This document shows, piece after piece, positions 50,355 through 61,013 of a stretch of DNA of 64,000 nt (the first letter of the stretch is position 1; each line of letters begins with the position of its first letter). The translations under genes and the position numbers were made by a program. Location of the stretch: NCBI GenBank assembly GCA_030603385.1, contig JAUVXW010000024.1, forward strand, positions 1 to 64,000. The letters are read 5' to 3'. Source of the DNA: Promethearchaeota archaeon (GTDB lineage Archaea > Asgardarchaeota > Lokiarchaeia > Sigyniarchaeales > SOKP01). The notes below the pieces were generated by a model. It had not been told where the DNA came from. It saw only the letters and a program-made list of their open reading frames with translations, and did not search any database.

Positions 50355-51872
50355 TTGTTTATTTTGCCAATTTAAACAAATTTGAGCTAAAGAAATTTCT
50401 TCTGTATCAGATCTATATTCTCTTTCTCTAATATCAACAAAAATAGGATAATTGATGGCAGCCCCCATCAATAACATTTCACCTACGCCTAAACTTGATA
50501 TCATGTTAGCGTACTCTTTTGTAATTGCTTCAGAACTATCCATAAGATGTTTTAAATCATATGGATTTTTTATATTGAGTACCATTTTAGAGTTACATTG
50601 GGAAAGAGCTGTAGTGCTCAATCTTTTTGGTCTCTGACTTATTAAACATAAACAAGACATGAATTTTCTTCCTTCTCTGGCAATCATTTCAATTATTGGT
50701 TTAGAAATTGCTTTAGAGTGAGCAGCTTCAGGACAGAATTGATGTGCTTCTTCAATAATTAGTAAAAATGGAGGAACTTTATTTAATCTCCTTAGATAAA
50801 ATAAGCGATTACAAATATAATCTACTATAATTTGCTTCTTTCTAATACTAATTTCTTTTTGAAGATTAAAAATAGTAATTTTCTGTTTTTCAATAATGTT
50901 ATCCAAGATTGGGTTCTCTTGGGGGCCAAATAAAGTTAGTCGTTCTAAATCCGATAACCAACCTATTAATGCTTGTCGTGTGCTTTTATTTCCATCTAAT
51001 TCATTTTCAATTAGCTCAATAATATCTCCTATTGTATACTGATTTTTCTTTTTCTCATCTCTCTTTAACTTTTTGATAAACTTTGCGAGCTCCCTTACTT
51101 GAACATTTGAAATGTCTTCTTGATATTTTTTAAAGAAATATATAGGCATTTTAGGGACAGAGATTTGAAAATATGAGATATCTTGAATGCTTACTCTCTC
51201 TTTTAATTCAGGGACCTTATTCAAATATAAATATTCTCCATGAACATCGAACAGAATTATTGCGGGGGTACCATAATCCTCTTCTCTTTTTAATAACTCT
51301 TCTATGAGAACTGATGTGAGATAGCTTTTTCCACCTCCTGAAATCGAGAGAATTGCATAATGTTTATTCAATAATCGATTCATATTGATTTTTGCGTTAG
51401 TGTTGGTAACTTTTACTTTACCTAAATTTAATCCTTTTTCTTTATCAAGTCCTATAAACTCATTGAGAAGATCTTCTTCTACAATATATACTTCTCTTCC
51501 GGGACTTGCTGGATAGGTCATCCTCAAAATTTTGTCAATATTAGTTTTTGAATTATTCTTGAATTTTATTATTCCTAGACATTTCACAATAGCTATAGCG
51601 AATTCAAAATCTTCACTTGGAAAAAGACCCTTTAATATATTTGGATTATTATTAGTATTATAGGCTTTAATTGTTAAAGCATCGCTAAAATATTCATTTA
51701 ATAAGATAATACGATCAATAATTCCGATTAAAAACCCTTCATTAGATTCTGTATAAACAAATAATCCCTTTTGAATAAAAAATTTATCCGTTCTCTTGCT
51801 AATAACAAAAGGAAACTGAGATACATCCGGTAATTGAAGATAATTAAAAACTATTCCAGCTTTAATTACCAT
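50346..51872 (-). CDS. HerA/FtsK-family ATPase (DUF87)
   Basis: KHYAILSISGGGKS, FDVHGEY, IEEAHQFCP, REGRKF, SQRP; ATG at 51872. Confidence 0.9.
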   Translation of the reverse strand: MVIKAGIVFNYLQLPDVSQFPFVISKRTDKFFIQKGLFVYTESNEGFLIGIIDRIILLNEYFSDALTIKAYNTNNNPNILKGLFPSEDFEFAIAIVKCLGIIKFKNNSKTNIDKILRMTYPASPGREVYIVEEDLLNEFIGLDKEKGLNLGKVKVTNTNAKINMNRLLNKHYAILSISGGGKSYLTSVLIEELLKREEDYGTPAIILFDVHGEYLYLNKVPELKERVSIQDISYFQISVPKMPIYFFKKYQEDISNVQVRELAKFIKKLKRDEKKKNQYTIGDIIELIENELDGNKSTRQALIGWLSDLERLTLFGPQENPILDNIIEKQKITIFNLQKEISIRKKQIIVDYICNRLFYLRRLNKVPPFLLIIEEAHQFCPEAAHSKAISKPIIEMIAREGRKFMSCLCLISQRPKRLSTTALSQCNSKMVLNIKNPYDLKHLMDSSEAITKEYANMISSLGVGEMLLMGAAINYPIFVDIREREYRSDTEEISLAQICLNWQNKQLK

Positions 51873-51994
51873 TTTTTTATTTAGGCATAATTTGATTAAC
51901 AAATAAATTAAATTAATCATAAAAAGGTACAAAAGGAAATAAAAAAAATATAAGAGCCCAAAATTTCTGATTTAATTAAAAAAAATAGAGGATA

Positions 51995-52042
51995 TCATTT
52001 TTGGTTATTTTGCTTCTCAATTGCTCCAATTAGTCTTAGTAG
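51995..52042 (-). pseudogene. Orphaned alternative 3' end of the adjacent membrane-protein gene
   Basis: Reads LLRLIGAIEKQNNQK* versus the gene end ILRLIGAIEK*, using different synonymous codons. Confidence 0.75.
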
Positions 52043-52128
52043 TTTAAATCTTTCTAATCATTTATGTTTAATTTCGTATTATAAAAATAAATTTAGTATG
52101 TATAGTAGTATATTTAACGACAGCAAGT

Positions 52129-52734
52129 TTATTTCTCTATCGCACCAATCAATCGAAGGATTATATAATATCCATTCTTCCAAAAGTAAACCATAAAAAG
52201 TGCAATTCCAACTATTAAATAGAGGCCAATTCCGACAAATAATATCCAAGGTCCTGTACTTCCAAAAAGATCCACCAAAGTTGATGTACCTCCTGAAGAA
52301 ACAGTAATAAAATCTTGTACAATTGCATAAATTATTCCTATAATAATTCCAATTAAACTGATTAGTAAACCTCCTGCTGCAATTTTTACATCAGTACGGT
52401 TTTTATATTTTTCCTCAAGTTCTCGCTTCTTATATATAAACTTAATCAAGGATCGTGTTGACTTCTTAAATAATCCAAAAAAGAAAATCAACAAGAAAAA
52501 CAGGCCTGCTAAAAGTCCACCAATAATGGCTATTTGATATCCTAAATTAAGATTTAAAAAGAGTTCAAATTTTCCTGTAACTCCGATAAAAATATCTGCA
52601 AAAGTCCATACTACTCCTCCCAGACTAACTATGCTGGCAATAACTATCAAAATGTAAAAGATTGTTGCTATTAGATTTTGAATTTTATTATATTCTCTTG
52701 TAGGGCCTGAAGAAACTTCCTCCATTTCATTCAC
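52129..52734 (-). CDS. Hypothetical 4-TM membrane protein
   Basis: Four hydrophobic helices. Confidence 0.8.
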   Translation of the reverse strand: MNEMEEVSSGPTREYNKIQNLIATIFYILIVIASIVSLGGVVWTFADIFIGVTGKFELFLNLNLGYQIAIIGGLLAGLFFLLIFFFGLFKKSTRSLIKFIYKKRELEEKYKNRTDVKIAAGGLLISLIGIIIGIIYAIVQDFITVSSGGTSTLVDLFGSTGPWILFVGIGLYLIVGIALFMVYFWKNGYYIILRLIGAIEK

Positions 52735-52877
52735 ATCTATTTTATTAGAATTTTTTTAAGAGACGAAAATCTCGTCTAAATAACACTATATTTTTATGAT
52801 TAAAGAAAAAATAACAATTAAAATATATAAAATTGATGATTGTGAAGTAGATACAATTATTAAATAAAATTAGTGAT

Positions 52878-54416
52878 TTATTTTGCATCTATATTGTTAG
52901 ATATATCGTTTAGCTTTTTATATAGATTATTATTTTCTATAAAATTATACAGTTCACATGAGTATTTATAGAGCTCTTCATAGTATTTATGACGGTCTAC
53001 ATTAGAAAACCATTTCTTATCTATTTTACATAGATTTTCAGCAGCCTTTGCCATATCTGGAAATATTCCAGCCCCTGAAGCAGCAAGTATAGCAGCTCCA
53101 AGCGAAGTTGCTTCTTCGATAATATTTCTTACACATGTTATTCCTAAAACATCTGCATATATTTGATTCCATAAATCTGAACGAGATCCACCACCAGTTA
53201 ATTTTAATTCCTTTGGTTCAATTCCAATCTCTTTAAAAACTTCTATATTTTTTCGAAGTTCAAAAGCAACACCTTCCAATACGGCTCTATATAAATCCTT
53301 ACGCTGATGTCCTAACGCCAGCCCAAATAATACACCTCTAGCATGAGGATTCCAGTGTGGTGCTCCTGCACCTACTAAATGTGGTATTAATAGCAAACCA
53401 TTTGCACCTATTGGAGATTCTTCAGCTTGAGCAATCATAATATCATAAGGATCTTGACCTTTTTCTTCTGCAATCTCACTTTCAGCAAGACCAACTTGAT
53501 CTCTAAACCATCTAAGAGTTGCCCCAGAAGTAAAAATACTTGCTTCTTGAACCCATGTCCCAGGAACAGCATGACAACTACATAGTACACGCTTTTGGGG
53601 ATCGAAATTTGGTTTCGTTAAAAATGCGAGAATAAAGCTTCCAGTTCCAGTTGTGCATTTGATTTCACCAGGAGTAACAACTCCAACGCCTAAAGCTGCA
53701 GATTGTTGATCTCCTGCGCCAGTAACTACTAGTGTTTTTTTATCGAACAATGTTTCGTCTGTTACCATTTCTCCTATATCTATTCCGCTCTCTAATGTTT
53801 CCGGCATTTTATCTAAATCAATTTCTAATTCAGAGGCAATCTCATCTGAATATTCTAATTTATTAATATCAAATAACATTGTTCGTGAAGCATTTGAGAA
53901 ATCGGTGCAAAATTTACCAGTTAATTTAAAAACAATGAAATCTGAGACAAGGAGAAATTTATGAGTTTTTTGATAAATTTCTGGTTTTTTATCTTTAAAC
54001 CACAGGATTTTAGTAGCTGAAAAGTAAGGATCGATTGTTAAACCTGTAGTTTTATAAACCTTATCTAGACCTACTTTGTTCTTTATATATTCTACTTGGT
54101 CTATTGTTCTTCTATCTTGCCAAACTAATGCATTATGAAGAGGATTACCCTCTTTATCAACAGGTACAATTGTTTCTCGTTGGTTAGTAACAGAAAGACT
54201 AACAATATCAGTCTTATCAATTCCACTTTTCTTAATCGCTCTTTCTATAGTTTTCTTAAGAGAATCCCACCATATATTTGCATCTTGTTCTACAAATGAG
54301 GGAGAAGGGTAAAAACTTTGCCACTCTTGATAATCACTAGCGATTATTGTCCCTACTAAATCAAAAATATATGTTCTACAACCCGTTGTACCTAAATCCA
54401 ATGCAGCTACAAACAT
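52878..54416 (-). CDS. FGGY carbohydrate kinase (xylulokinase/glycerol kinase-like)
   Basis: DLGTTG, TNQRET, WQDRR, GDQQ, TGTG, GGGSRS; ATG at 54416. Confidence 0.93.
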   Translation of the reverse strand: MFVAALDLGTTGCRTYIFDLVGTIIASDYQEWQSFYPSPSFVEQDANIWWDSLKKTIERAIKKSGIDKTDIVSLSVTNQRETIVPVDKEGNPLHNALVWQDRRTIDQVEYIKNKVGLDKVYKTTGLTIDPYFSATKILWFKDKKPEIYQKTHKFLLVSDFIVFKLTGKFCTDFSNASRTMLFDINKLEYSDEIASELEIDLDKMPETLESGIDIGEMVTDETLFDKKTLVVTGAGDQQSAALGVGVVTPGEIKCTTGTGSFILAFLTKPNFDPQKRVLCSCHAVPGTWVQEASIFTSGATLRWFRDQVGLAESEIAEEKGQDPYDIMIAQAEESPIGANGLLLIPHLVGAGAPHWNPHARGVLFGLALGHQRKDLYRAVLEGVAFELRKNIEVFKEIGIEPKELKLTGGGSRSDLWNQIYADVLGITCVRNIIEEATSLGAAILAASGAGIFPDMAKAAENLCKIDKKWFSNVDRHKYYEELYKYSCELYNFIENNNLYKKLNDISNNIDAK

Positions 54417-54514
54417 AATTGAATTATTATCTATTATTCTTAATTTTAATAATAAGTTATAGATCAAATTATTTAATAAAATCCTTATTAAAGATTTTAA
54501 TAAAAAAGTATGTT

Positions 54515-55198
54515 TTACTTGATTTTTTCATATCCACAGTAAGGACACTTAAATTTAAGAAGCCCCACATTAAAGCCCTTTATCTCCGTGATCAATTTAT
54601 TACAATTTGGACAACGTGGAGAATACTCTGGAAACCATTGTCCTTTAATATTCGGCATTTGATTAAGCATAGTATTAAATTTCAGTTTTTCTAAATCTTT
54701 CTTATTTACTTGTAGTAATTGCTGTTCTTCGGCGATTGATTTTCCTTTAGGTGCTAAAACCATTAAGAATTTCATTTTTTTTGGATTATTGAGTAAAGAC
54801 AAAGTTCTTAATATAGCTTCTCTTTTATATTCTTTAAATAATTTTCCTAATTCTGGAGGGGCTAAAGCTACTAATGTTGCTTGGGAATCTTTTAATTCGT
54901 TTTTACCTTTTTGAAATAAAAATTGAAAAATCCTTCTTTCACTATCCATCCCCCATACAAGATTCCATGGCTTAATATCATAATCTTCACCACTTGGGCC
55001 TACAATTCGTTTGATGCTTTCAACCCATGAAAAATGTTTGAATTTATATAGATTTGAGAGTGTATCATCAAAAAATTCGGGTTCAATTACAGGAAATGTT
55101 TTAAATATATTTTTCAATGAATATAATTTAACTTCAGTTAAAGTTTTCAAATTAAGTGAATCCCATGGTGTCAAAGTAAAAATACTAAAGAAATCCAT
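54515..55198 (-). CDS. Hypothetical protein with C-terminal zinc ribbon
   Basis: CPNC...CPYCGY. Confidence 0.75.
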   Translation of the reverse strand: MDFFSIFTLTPWDSLNLKTLTEVKLYSLKNIFKTFPVIEPEFFDDTLSNLYKFKHFSWVESIKRIVGPSGEDYDIKPWNLVWGMDSERRIFQFLFQKGKNELKDSQATLVALAPPELGKLFKEYKREAILRTLSLLNNPKKMKFLMVLAPKGKSIAEEQQLLQVNKKDLEKLKFNTMLNQMPNIKGQWFPEYSPRCPNCNKLITEIKGFNVGLLKFKCPYCGYEKIK

Positions 55199-55315
55199 TT
55201 TTTTTCATTTTTTTTCATATTATAGGATATATTATCAATAGAGTCTATGTTTAAAAATTAATTTTATATTTTAAATTAACAATTTTTAAAAATTACATTC
55301 AATATAATATCTCGT

Positions 55316-56467
55316 ATGAGTTCAATTTGGGATACTAAGGCTGATGCTGTTCAAAAAGGAGATAAACTAAGAAATGTCTCTCCTTTGCATGATAAAACTA
55401 AAGTAGATGAAAACGGTTTCACCCACTATGTATTCAGTAAAAATTTATTCAATAATCCATGGTATATAATACCAGACAATGACTTAGGATTGTTTAAAGA
55501 CTTTTTAGATGGAGGATCACGGGCATATCCTTCTGATGGGAGCATTCCATGCGATGTCGTGGCAGGAGAAGCGCGAAGGATTATTAACAGAATAGTAGAA
55601 ATTTCAAATGAACCAAGCAACATTTATTATAAAGATGCATGTGTAACATTAAAGGATGGAAAATTTGAATTGGTTCGCGGGACTCTGAAATTATATTTAG
55701 GAAAATATACAACTAGAGATTGGAGAAGAAAACGCTTCACGGACGATATTGATTTCTGGTCCTTTCAGATCCATTTATTAGATCATGTGTTAAGGGAAAT
55801 GGGTTGGATTAAAAACAAAGAATCGGGAGAATGGGAAAAGAGTATAGGATGGATTAATCCAGATACGGGTGAAACTAGATATGAAGCGCTTTGTGCAGCA
55901 AATAATCTAAACCAACTACTCGATTTTGGTGCTGGAAGTTATCTAGAAGGAACAAAGCTTAGAGAGATTTTTAACAAAAAGTTAAAACGAGGACACGATG
56001 TTGACCTTAGTGATATAATCAATGTGGCATTATATAATGATGGTTCAATTGGTAGAAATAAAGATGAGTGGAATGAAGTATGGGTTTCTTTTGAAGCTGC
56101 AACTAATACTAGAAACACTAGAATTACTTCAAATATAATAAGTTTATGTCGGTATTCGTTAGGTATTGCTGATCATTTAGAAAGGCTTAGTATTGCTTTA
56201 TTCAACCATCATGAAAAAATTTTTGATAAAAAGGAGTATCCTGATGAAGCATTAAAGAGAATTTGTAGAAACTCAATCTATTGGTTGGAATATCTTGAAA
56301 AAGATGGTCCAGAAACAACCCGAAAGATGATACATGAGTTTTTACTTGAACAAATGGACGAAAAACCTATCCATGTAAAAAACTTGAGATCATTTGTTGA
56401 AAAAGTTTTAAGATTACTTAATTCTAAGTATGAATATCTCAAAATTGTATTTGAAGTTGAAAACTAA
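55316..56467 (+). CDS. Hypothetical protein with putative nucleotidyltransferase motif
   Basis: VRGTLKLYLG...RKRFTDDIDF and KKLKRGHDVDLSDI resemble the Pol-beta-fold DUF2204/AbiEii pattern. Confidence 0.6.
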   Translation: MSSIWDTKADAVQKGDKLRNVSPLHDKTKVDENGFTHYVFSKNLFNNPWYIIPDNDLGLFKDFLDGGSRAYPSDGSIPCDVVAGEARRIINRIVEISNEPSNIYYKDACVTLKDGKFELVRGTLKLYLGKYTTRDWRRKRFTDDIDFWSFQIHLLDHVLREMGWIKNKESGEWEKSIGWINPDTGETRYEALCAANNLNQLLDFGAGSYLEGTKLREIFNKKLKRGHDVDLSDIINVALYNDGSIGRNKDEWNEVWVSFEAATNTRNTRITSNIISLCRYSLGIADHLERLSIALFNHHEKIFDKKEYPDEALKRICRNSIYWLEYLEKDGPETTRKMIHEFLLEQMDEKPIHVKNLRSFVEKVLRLLNSKYEYLKIVFEVEN

Positions 56468-56490
56468 AATGGAATTTTTAATAAAAATCA

Positions 56491-56512
56491 TCGTGAAAGA
56501 TGCGTTTCACGA
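56491..56512. terminator. Hairpin between convergent genes
   Basis: TCGTGAAA-GATGCG-TTTCACGA, perfect 8-bp stem. Confidence 0.45.
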
Positions 56513-56525
56513 AGATTCACATAAT

Positions 56526-56786
56526 TCACTCTAAAGGTTCTACTTTCAGATAATCAACTGTAATTGTACTCTTTGTCTCAATTATATCTCCAGTTATCAA
56601 CACTTTTTTGTCTAGAAATTCGTGTAATTCAGGATCTTTTTCCCACATGTGAGTTTTTTTCCTAACTAGTATTTCTGACCATCTATTTTTGTAATCATCT
56701 ATTGGTTTAATAAAATATTGAGGTCCTTCCGATCGTGTCCCCTTTCCTTTTACTATCGCAAAAAGAATTCCTCTAATTTCATCCAT
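56526..56786 (-). CDS. Small hypothetical beta-rich protein
   Basis: 86-aa ORF; GKGTRSEGPQYFI...KKVLITG. Confidence 0.7.
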   Translation of the reverse strand: MDEIRGILFAIVKGKGTRSEGPQYFIKPIDDYKNRWSEILVRKKTHMWEKDPELHEFLDKKVLITGDIIETKSTITVDYLKVEPLE

Positions 56787-56802
56787 AGTTTAATTTTACT
56801 AA

Positions 56803-57957
56803 TTACTTTTGTTTAGAAAGATATCTTATTTTTACGAGTAAATCGCGTAATTCCATTTTATCGTTATCAGGGGTAATATATTTCTTTTTAATACCTTCAG
56901 ATAATGGAATTGTTTTGATTTTATTCCCTTTAAGGGACACCATATTTCCAAATTTACCTTCTAAAACAAGTTTCATTGCTGCCAGACCAAATCTTAATCC
57001 TAAGATTCTATCAAATGAATTTGGTGTTCCGGCACGCATAGTATGGCCAAGTACTACGCTTCGACATTCAAAATCTACCCCATTGTTCAGAAACTCTTGT
57101 TTTAAGTCATCTCTTAGGTTCATTTCATCAACAATTATTTGAGACATATTTAGTTTTACCAATAAAGGATTCCCAAAGGTATCTTTAGGTAATTTATCGA
57201 TTGTTTCTTTTGAAATAGTTTTAAAGTCTCTATTTAAAGATTCTAGATTTGGGTATGCTCCTTCTGAGGTAGCAATTATATGATATTTATAACCAGCATT
57301 AACTCTTTTTTTCAAGACCTCAATCACATCCTTTTCCAAATCAAACGGAGTCTCAGGGATTAAAATAATATCTGCTCCAGCAGAAATCCCACTGTACATT
57401 GTTAAAAATCCAGCATCTCTTCCCATGACCTCAACCACAAATACTCTCTGATGTGAACGGGCTGTTGTCGTTAGATTATCCATTGCGTTAGAGGCTAATT
57501 GTGTTGCACTCCAGAACCCAAAGGTATAATGTGTTCCAGCAATATCATTATCGATCGTTTTTGGGCACCCTACTACTTTAGCATTAGCAAATTTAAACAT
57601 ATTATCAGCTACACCTAGGGTATCGTCGCCCCCTATTGCGATTAATGCATCTATTCCTAATTCTTCAAATTTTTTAGCCAATTCTTTTGCTTTTTCTTCT
57701 TTTGAACTTACCCCTTTAAATGGGTTAGTTCTGCTCGTATATAGAATAGTCCCTCCAACAGTATGTAGGTCATCATGTTCAGAAATGTCAAGAGGTATTG
57801 TTTGGTTTTCCAAAAAACCTTTCCACCCTTTAAGGATTCCAACACATTCAACCCCAGCATCATAAGCTTTAAGCATAATACCATAGAGTACAGAATTCAA
57901 ACCAGGACAGTCACCACCCCCTGTAAGAATACCAATCTTTTTAATTTGATTTCCCAT
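56803..57957 (-). CDS. pfp: 6-phosphofructokinase (PfkA family), PPi-type signature
   Basis: GGGDCPGLN, GGDDT, PKTIDND, MGR. Confidence 0.88.
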   Translation of the reverse strand: MGNQIKKIGILTGGGDCPGLNSVLYGIMLKAYDAGVECVGILKGWKGFLENQTIPLDISEHDDLHTVGGTILYTSRTNPFKGVSSKEEKAKELAKKFEELGIDALIAIGGDDTLGVADNMFKFANAKVVGCPKTIDNDIAGTHYTFGFWSATQLASNAMDNLTTTARSHQRVFVVEVMGRDAGFLTMYSGISAGADIILIPETPFDLEKDVIEVLKKRVNAGYKYHIIATSEGAYPNLESLNRDFKTISKETIDKLPKDTFGNPLLVKLNMSQIIVDEMNLRDDLKQEFLNNGVDFECRSVVLGHTMRAGTPNSFDRILGLRFGLAAMKLVLEGKFGNMVSLKGNKIKTIPLSEGIKKKYITPDNDKMELRDLLVKIRYLSKQK

Positions 57958-58028
57958 AAACATTCACAATATTGAGAATTTGATTTTATTTTGATAATTA
58001 ACAATTATAATAAGGTCATATTTTATTT

Positions 58029-58598
58029 TTATTCTGACTTTTCTGTTCCAAGTTTTTCAAATTTATATTTCGACTTATTTTGTGGGATAATATAACTCCC
58101 TCCTTGAGGATCAGTCAATATCAATGTAAACTTATAATTTCCTTCTAATGCTTTCTTTAAATTATTTAAAATGTCATCAATTTCATCCAATTCTGGATCG
58201 TTATTTTCAAGACTTCTTCTATATATTGAAACAGCACTTTCAAATCTGTATAATATACCTTCTACATTAGTGTAATAAAAATCTGCTCTTGGTCCCGGTT
58301 CTACTTTTAATTCAAGTTCAGGAATTTCTAGCTTTCCCAGTGGCGAACGATAAATTTTTGATCTAAGATCCTCCTCATTTGTCACTTTCAAAGTCATAAT
58401 CCCTGGATCCATATTTGTTGTTAAGGGAATTATATCATTTTTATGAAAATTGCAATTTCCACATTCGAATTTTAATATGAGCATTTTATCTCCATCGGGT
58501 AGATCATATATGCTCTTAATAATATCAATAGTACCTATCTCACACGAAGGGCATTTAAATGAATATATAATTTCGCTATTTCTTTTCTCACTAGACAT
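58029..58598 (-). CDS. ZPR1 zinc-finger protein
   Basis: CPSC...CGNC, IPELELKVEPGP, NVEG, DPQGGSYI. Confidence 0.92.
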   Translation of the reverse strand: MSSEKRNSEIIYSFKCPSCEIGTIDIIKSIYDLPDGDKMLILKFECGNCNFHKNDIIPLTTNMDPGIMTLKVTNEEDLRSKIYRSPLGKLEIPELELKVEPGPRADFYYTNVEGILYRFESAVSIYRRSLENNDPELDEIDDILNNLKKALEGNYKFTLILTDPQGGSYIIPQNKSKYKFEKLGTEKSE

Positions 58599-58833
58599 AA
58601 GAATAATTTTAAATCAGCTTAAAATTAATCTGGTTTTATTTTAAAGTTTCTCTAAATTAATTCAAAATAATGATATTTAGAAAATAAACTATTTATTAGA
58701 ACTTTTTTTTAGATATAATAATCATAATTAAAAACTCTATATTATTGTTTAATATTGCAATTATTGGAGAAAAATCAAAAGAACTTTTAATCATATATAT
58801 TAGAAGAAATAAATAATAAAAAGATGGAGTAAG

Positions 58834-59412
58834 TTGTCTGAAGAACAAAAAATTGTAGAAATATCAATGCACTGTCGAGGAGGTCAAACATGCATAACTG
58901 CAAGTCAATTGTTAACTGAAATGGCATTTGAGGAAGGTTTTAAGGACACTATAGCAATTCCTATAATTGGTGCTGAGCGAAGAGGTGCTCCCATACAAGC
59001 ATTTGCAAAAATTTCGAAAAGCAAATCAATTAAAACATATGATAGTGTAGTAAATCCAGATTATATCTTATTGTTTGATACTTCATTGCTGGATATACCA
59101 AAAATAAAAGAAACAATAAAGGAGGGTACAACTTTAATTGTAAATAGTCCAGAATCTATTGATACTACTGACCTTCCTAAAAACATAAAAATTTTTATAG
59201 TTGATGCTACAGGAATTTGTATACAAAGAAACTTTATGCATTCTAGTGGTCCTATTCTGAATATCCCTATGTTAGGTGCATTTGGAAAAGTTACAGGATA
59301 TTATGATCTTAATATTATGGAGAAAGTTATTAAAAAAGAATTCGGAGAGGGGAGATTGGAAAAAAACATGAGGGTCGCTAAAGATGCTTTTGAAACGGTA
59401 AGGGAGGTTTAA
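58834..59412 (+). CDS. porC: 2-oxoacid:ferredoxin oxidoreductase gamma subunit
   Basis: [19 protein letters not shown]. Confidence 0.9.
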   Translation: MSEEQKIVEISMHCRGGQTCITASQLLTEMAFEEGFKDTIAIPIIGAERRGAPIQAFAKISKSKSIKTYDSVVNPDYILLFDTSLLDIPKIKETIKEGTTLIVNSPESIDTTDLPKNIKIFIVDATGICIQRNFMHSSGPILNIPMLGAFGKVTGYYDLNIMEKVIKKEFGEGRLEKNMRVAKDAFETVREV

Positions 59413-59413
59413 T

Positions 59414-59761
59414 ATGTCAAAATCTAAAAAGTGGAAAAAAATCAATAAATCCGTAAAAGAACGCCCTAAAGTTCAAGAATATAAAAATTGGGAAGAACTA
59501 CCACCTATTCCTATATCATTGCCAATCGATGGAAGTAGTGGTACAACAGGTGATTGGAGAACATTTAGACCTATTATCAAGGAAGGATGTAATCAATGTG
59601 GTATATGTTGGATGTATTGCCCAGAGGGGGTAATTAAGAGGAAGGAAGATGGTTCTTTTGAGATAGACTTAAATTATTGTAAAGGCTGTGGCATTTGTGC
59701 AAAAGAGTGCCCTTCAGATATTATAGAAATGGTAAGAGAGAGTGATATAGAAGATGGTTGA
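59414..59761 (+). CDS. porD: 2-oxoacid:ferredoxin oxidoreductase delta subunit
   Basis: TGDWRTFRP, two 4Fe-4S motifs. Confidence 0.92.
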   Translation: MSKSKKWKKINKSVKERPKVQEYKNWEELPPIPISLPIDGSSGTTGDWRTFRPIIKEGCNQCGICWMYCPEGVIKRKEDGSFEIDLNYCKGCGICAKECPSDIIEMVRESDIEDG

Positions 59762-61010
59762 AGCTCAAAAAGACTTTATACAAGAAAAAGAAACAAAAAT
59801 AATTAAAGGGAATGTAGCAGTTGCGTATGCTGCAAAATCAGCCCGAGTGCAGGTAATCGGCGCATATCCAATAACACCACAAACAACAGTCGTTGAAAAA
59901 TTATCGGAATTTGCAGATAATGGAGAGATGCCAGGAACACAATATATTAAAGTAGAATCAGAACATAGTGCTTTTGCTGCGGTAGTTGGTGCTAGTAAAG
60001 CTGGAACGAGAACCTTTACCGCTACTGCAGGTCAGGGAATTTTTTATGCTCATGAAATGATTCATTGGGCTGCGGGTGCCAGACTTCCAATTGTTGTTGC
60101 CATTGCTTCTCGCGGTCCTGCTCCCCCATGGAATATTTGGGCTGATTTCACTGATGTGTTAAGCCAAAGAGACACAGGGTGGATGTCTTCTTTCTGTGCT
60201 TCTCATCAAGAAATATACGATGAAATTTTAATGTCGTATAAGGTTTGTGAAGATCACGAAGTTTTACTTCCAAAATTTGTCGCTTATGGTGGTTTTATCC
60301 TATCTCACACCTCAAAACCAGTGATAATCGAAGATCAAGAACTTGTAGATAGATTTTTACCTTCTTTACCAGGTGAAGAAGGGTGGCCACATATATGGAT
60401 GGATCCTAAAAGACCGATGATGTTTGGAAATCTTATAATGCCATCGGGATTTTATTATGAATTTAGAATGAAAATTCATGATGCTTTCATTCAAGTAAAA
60501 GAAAAAATTAAAAGTGTTGCTAAAGAGTTCGAACAAATGTTTGGGAGAAGTTACGGAAATGGTTTAATTCAAGAATACGAAATGGACGATGCTAAAGTCG
60601 GTGTTGTAATATATGGTGATTTAGCACTACAGATGGAACAAGCTGTTGATGATTTAAGGGAAGAAGGATATAAAGTAGGCATGATAAAATTAAGATATTT
60701 TCGACCATTTCCCGTGGAAGACATCATAAACTCCGTCAAAAAAGTCGATACTATAGGAGTTATTGATAGAGCAACGGCATTCGGATCACAAACTGGAGGA
60801 CCAGTCAGTTGTGAAGTTAAATCTGCGCTACATGAAATAAAAGATGCGCCAAATGTTCTACCTATTATTAATGGTTTAGGTGGAAGAGAAGTCTCTCTTG
60901 AACAGCAAAAAAAGCAATTAAAAATATTAGTTAAACTGAATGAAACTGGAGAGTTGCCAAAAGATATTATTCATGGAACTCTTTGGGATGGATTATTGGA
61001 GGTTGAATGA
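59754..61010 (+). CDS. porA: 2-oxoacid:ferredoxin oxidoreductase alpha subunit
   Basis: [24 protein letters not shown]. Confidence 0.93.
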   Translation: MVEAQKDFIQEKETKIIKGNVAVAYAAKSARVQVIGAYPITPQTTVVEKLSEFADNGEMPGTQYIKVESEHSAFAAVVGASKAGTRTFTATAGQGIFYAHEMIHWAAGARLPIVVAIASRGPAPPWNIWADFTDVLSQRDTGWMSSFCASHQEIYDEILMSYKVCEDHEVLLPKFVAYGGFILSHTSKPVIIEDQELVDRFLPSLPGEEGWPHIWMDPKRPMMFGNLIMPSGFYYEFRMKIHDAFIQVKEKIKSVAKEFEQMFGRSYGNGLIQEYEMDDAKVGVVIYGDLALQMEQAVDDLREEGYKVGMIKLRYFRPFPVEDIINSVKKVDTIGVIDRATAFGSQTGGPVSCEVKSALHEIKDAPNVLPIINGLGGREVSLEQQKKQLKILVKLNETGELPKDIIHGTLWDGLLEVE

Positions 61011-61013
61011 ATA

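Noticed and set aside
52761-52777. Hairpin AGACGA-AAATC-TCGTCT
   Set aside because: Only 6 bp; cannot be distinguished from chance, although it may be regulatory.
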